Assembly (NCBI GenBank): GCA_046735075.1
Contig: JBKPSQ010000171.1
Span: 1 to 43,222 of the forward strand
Length of the DNA: 43,222 bases
From: Pseudomonadota bacterium
GTDB taxonomy: Bacteria > Pseudomonadota > Alphaproteobacteria > Rhizobiales > Methyloligellaceae
Reading direction: 5' to 3'
This document shows positions 38,215 through 43,222 of the stretch, piece after piece. The notes beneath the pieces are model-generated. The model made no database searches. It saw only the letters and a list, made by a program, of their open reading frames with translations, and was not told the origin of the DNA. Both the position numbers and the translations under genes were made by a program. Position 1 is the stretch's first letter, and each line of letters opens with the position of its first letter.

Positions 38215-38733
38215 ATGAACAACAGTAGCGTCTCGGATTCGGTCCAATCTTCGATGGCGATCGAGCATGTGACCGTCGCCGCCGGAGTTCCCTACGACAA
38301 GCTCGTCGTGGCATTCGAAGCTGAGCTCGGTCACCTCGATCCGGGCGCCACCAAAGCCCTGGTGGAACGGCGCGCTTCATGGAGCGAGGTCGAGAAGGAG
38401 ATCGGGCGGATCGGCGGTGTGCATGGTCTCATGATCGTCGCGAGCGCCAATCAGGGCGCGGTGACTTCTCTTTCCGGCAAGACGAAGCGTTGCATGCTTT
38501 ATCTGGTCGGCAATCCGGTCATCGCCGACAAGATCATCGCCATCGATATCCATGCGAGTTTCTACGTGCCATTCCGTATCGCTCTGTTCGACAACGGCAA
38601 AGAGGGCGCGATCAGCTACGACCGTCCTTCCTCGTTCCTTGGCACGCTTGGCCGGCCCGAGCTCAAGGAGTTCGGCGTTATGCTCGACGGCAAGGTCGAC
38701 GGCGTCGTCAACGCGCTGCGAAGTAAGGCCTGA
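38215..38733 (+). CDS. DUF302 family protein
   Basis: [25 protein letters not shown] and LDGKV. Confidence 0.75.
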   Translation: MNNSSVSDSVQSSMAIEHVTVAAGVPYDKLVVAFEAELGHLDPGATKALVERRASWSEVEKEIGRIGGVHGLMIVASANQGAVTSLSGKTKRCMLYLVGNPVIADKIIAIDIHASFYVPFRIALFDNGKEGAISYDRPSSFLGTLGRPELKEFGVMLDGKVDGVVNALRSKA

Positions 38734-38801
38734 GGTCTCGGCCCCCCTGCACGGCGAACAAGTCAATGGACCTCCGCGTTAGGTCGAGAGGAGATATTTG
38801 C

Positions 38802-39806
38802 ATGATTCACCGCAAGCTTGGCAGCACCGGTCCGGACGTCTCAGCCATCGGCCTCGGCTGCATGGGCATGTCCGACCTTTATGGCCCGGCCGACCGCAGC
38901 GAGAGCATCGCCACCATACATGCCGCACTCGATGCCGGGATTACACTGCTCGACACCGGCGATTTCTATGGCATGGGTCACAATGAGATGCTGATCGCCG
39001 AAGCGCTCAAGGGCCGCGACCGCTCCTCGGTCGTGATCAGCGTCAAGTTCGGCGCGCTCCGCGACCCCGCTGGAAATTGGATCGGCTATGACGCCCGGCC
39101 CGCAGCGGTGAAGACGTTTCTTGCATATTCGCTGCGCCGGCTCGGCACCGACTATATCGACATCTATCGTCCTTCACGCCTCGATCCCGCGGTACCGATC
39201 GAGGAGAGCGTCGGCGCGATCGCCGACTTGGTGAAGGCGGGCTATGTTCATTATGTTGGGCTTTCCGAGGTCGGCGCTGATACCATTCGCCGAGCTCATG
39301 CAACGCACCCGATCTGCGACCTACAGATCGAGTATTCGCTGATCTCGCGCGGCATCGAAGAGGAGATTCTTCCCGCCTGCCGCGAGCTTGGCATCGGCAT
39401 CACCGCCTATGGTGTGTTGTCGCGTGGCCTGATCAGCGGCCACTGGTCGAAGGCGCGCGAGGGCGAGCGGGGCTTCCGTAGCAATGCTCCGCGCTTCCAG
39501 GGCGCCAATCTCGACGCGAACCTCGCGCTGGTCGAGAAGCTGCGCGGGATCGCGGAGACGATCGGCGCCTCGGTGGCGCAAGTGGCGATCGCCTGGGTCG
39601 CGGCGCAGGGCGATGACATTGTGCCTCTAGTCGGCGCGCGACGCCGGGACCGTCTCGCCGAAGCCCTCGGCGCTCTCGACGTAAAGCTATCGCGCGACGA
39701 TCTCGCCGCACTCGACCGAGCGCTGCCTCCGGGTGCTGCGGCGGGAGACCGTTACCCCGACTCGGCACTCGCCTTCATGGATAGTGAGAAGCGCCGCTTC
39801 GCTTGA
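38802..39806 (+). CDS. aldo/keto reductase
   Basis: [33 protein letters not shown] and LQIEYSL; GGAG SD before ATG 38802. Confidence 0.92.
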   Translation: MIHRKLGSTGPDVSAIGLGCMGMSDLYGPADRSESIATIHAALDAGITLLDTGDFYGMGHNEMLIAEALKGRDRSSVVISVKFGALRDPAGNWIGYDARPAAVKTFLAYSLRRLGTDYIDIYRPSRLDPAVPIEESVGAIADLVKAGYVHYVGLSEVGADTIRRAHATHPICDLQIEYSLISRGIEEEILPACRELGIGITAYGVLSRGLISGHWSKAREGERGFRSNAPRFQGANLDANLALVEKLRGIAETIGASVAQVAIAWVAAQGDDIVPLVGARRRDRLAEALGALDVKLSRDDLAALDRALPPGAAAGDRYPDSALAFMDSEKRRFA

Positions 39807-39838
39807 CCGCGCGTGCCGCGGGTCACAGCTAGCCTTGC

Positions 39839-39868
39839 TTGACAGCGTCATGGCCACGTCGCTAAAAG
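39839..39868 (+). promoter_or_regulatory. sigma70-like promoter of groESL
   Basis: TTGACA (39839) ... GCTAAAAG immediately upstream of CIRCE. Confidence 0.55.
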
Positions 39869-39876
39869 CGCGCTGA

Positions 39877-39903
39877 TTAGCACTCGTTTCGCGCGAGTGC
39901 TAA
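39877..39903. promoter_or_regulatory. CIRCE element (HrcA operator)
   Basis: Perfect TTAGCACTC-N9-GAGTGCTAA upstream of groES. Confidence 0.97.
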
Positions 39904-39935
39904 ATGCGGCGTTTCATCCGATAGGAGAAAAATTC

Positions 39936-41911
<1,976 letters not shown>

Positions 41912-41932
41912 TCCGACGATTCAGGAGAGACA

Positions 41933-41967
41933 GAAAGCGCCGCCCCTAAAGGCGGCGCTTTCGATTT
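41933..41967 (+). terminator. groESL terminator hairpin
   Basis: 12-bp stem GAAAGCGCCGCC/GGCGGCGCTTTC followed by GATTT. Confidence 0.7.
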
Positions 41968-42211
41968 CCGGCATTCATTCCAGCCTTGCTGCGTTCCACA
42001 GCAAATCGTACCGGGAGCGGCGGACTTGGCGCCCGACATTTCTGTGGCTTTTCAGGCAGGAGACGTGTTCCATCCTTTTTTGCCGCAGGACGAAGGCCAA
42101 GCATTCACTTAAGCCTTACGCAATCGTAATTTCCTAGAGGCCTGCCTTCGCCCTATAGCTCGGCAGGTTTGTAGCTCCCGCAAGAGCGAGAGCCTTGGAG
42201 CAGCCCCTTAA

Positions 42212-43222
42212 ATGGCGAATTTTCGCACTTCAGCGGGAAACTTCACGCGTATTGCCGCGCCCTATTTCCAGGGCGACGATAAATGGCCCGGCCGCATCCT
42301 GCTCACCTCGGTGATTGCGCTTCAGTTGTTCCAGGTCTGGCTGAACGTAAAATTCAACAGCTGGTACAACACGTTCTACAACGCGCTGCAGAACAAGGAC
42401 TGGAATGTCTTCATCTACCAGCTCGGCGTGTTCAGCATCCTTGCCGCTGCCTTCATCGTCACCGCGGTCTACCAAATCTACCTTCAGCAATGGCTGCAGA
42501 TCCGATGGCGGCGCTGGCTGACCAAGCGCTATCTCGGGCGCTGGCTCGAGCAAGGCACGCATTACCGCATGCGGCTCAAGGGTGACCAGGCCGACAATCC
42601 CGATCAGCGTATTGCCGACGACATCAGGCAGTTCATTGCCAACTCGCTCGACATCGGCATCGCGCTGCTCGGCTCGATCGTCACGCTGGTTTCGTTCGTG
42701 GTGATCCTGTGGAATCTTTCGGCAGCCACGCCGCTCATGATCGGCTCCAAGTCCTTCGAGGTGCCCGGCTACCTCGTCTGGGCGGCGCTGATCTACGCCA
42801 TCATCGGCACCTGGGTGACGCATCTCGTCGGCCGACCGCTGGTCAAGCTCAATTTCGACCAGCAACGCTACGAGGCCGATTTCCGCTTCTCGCTGGTCCG
42901 CCTCAGGGAGAATGCCGAGCAGGTGACGCTGCTTTCGGGCGAACAGGCCGAGGAAGGGCGTTTGCGCGACCGGTTCGCCAATGTGGTGCGCAACTGGTAC
43001 GGCATCATGCAGCGGACCAAGCGCCTCACCTTTCTCACCGCCGGCTACAATCAAGTTGCCATCATCTTCCCCTTCCTGGTGGTGAGCCCGGTCTATTTCT
43101 TCGGCGCCATGACGCTCGGCGGGCTGATGCAGGTAGCCTCGGCCTTCGGGCAGGTGCAGAGCTCGCTGTCGTTCTTCGTCACGGCCTACACTAATATTGC
43201 CGACTGGAAGGCGGTGCTCGAC
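42212..43222 (+). CDS. ABC transporter permease/ATP-binding protein of the YddA/BclA (ABC_membrane_2) family, partial
   Basis: Missing from the ORF track because it is truncated. ATG 42212 gives MANFRTSAG...WYNTFYNALQ...LQIRWRRWLT...DNPDQRIADD...QQRYEADFRFSLVRLRENAE. Confidence 0.9.
   Translation, partial: MANFRTSAGNFTRIAAPYFQGDDKWPGRILLTSVIALQLFQVWLNVKFNSWYNTFYNALQNKDWNVFIYQLGVFSILAAAFIVTAVYQIYLQQWLQIRWRRWLTKRYLGRWLEQGTHYRMRLKGDQADNPDQRIADDIRQFIANSLDIGIALLGSIVTLVSFVVILWNLSAATPLMIGSKSFEVPGYLVWAALIYAIIGTWVTHLVGRPLVKLNFDQQRYEADFRFSLVRLRENAEQVTLLSGEQAEEGRLRDRFANVVRNWYGIMQRTKRLTFLTAGYNQVAIIFPFLVVSPVYFFGAMTLGGLMQVASAFGQVQSSLSFFVTAYTNIADWKAVLD

Noticed and set aside
42116-42129. Palindrome TTACG-CAAT-CGTAA upstream of the ABC transporter
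   Set aside because: Single short palindrome that I cannot assign to a regulator.

Overview
High-GC (roughly 63% by eye) chromosomal segment of an alphaproteobacterium. Gene content and order suggest Hyphomicrobiales, possibly Methyloceanibacter/Hyphomicrobium-like (inference). It is mostly core genome: ctaD/ctaC (aa3 oxidase), an IalB-family gene, gshA, rsmE, ubiA, a lipid A cluster (CysQ/IMPase, DUF4170, MsbA-like ABC, a DUF374-WaaA fusion, lpxK), xseA, purD, ctpA, tadA, an rluB-like gene, rsmD, mutL, pgi, an M16 peptidase pair, ribF-ileS-lspA, MaoC, a HAD hydrolase, a TipF-like EAL protein, DUF302, an aldo/keto reductase, CIRCE-groES-groEL and a partial BclA/YddA-type ABC transporter. I see no CRISPR, rRNA, tRNA, transposase or prophage. 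The most interesting signals are not in the ORF track. (1) Three small secreted low-complexity proteins at two loci share a C-terminal [EA][LI][QE]xxFPx[TV][ND][WY]P motif; one is hidden by a 1-nt frameshift. (2) A ~345-nt multi-helix, G-U-rich candidate structured RNA lies between ctpA and one of these genes. (3) There is a complete promoter/three-hairpin/terminator anti-SD-type sRNA unit at 2940-3080. (4) IleRS has a ~104-aa Lys/Arg/Ala-rich N-terminal extension and an HIGT motif. (5) A secreted protein combines a coiled coil with a single ricin-like repeat. All family calls come from motif recognition by eye; no searches or folding programs were run.
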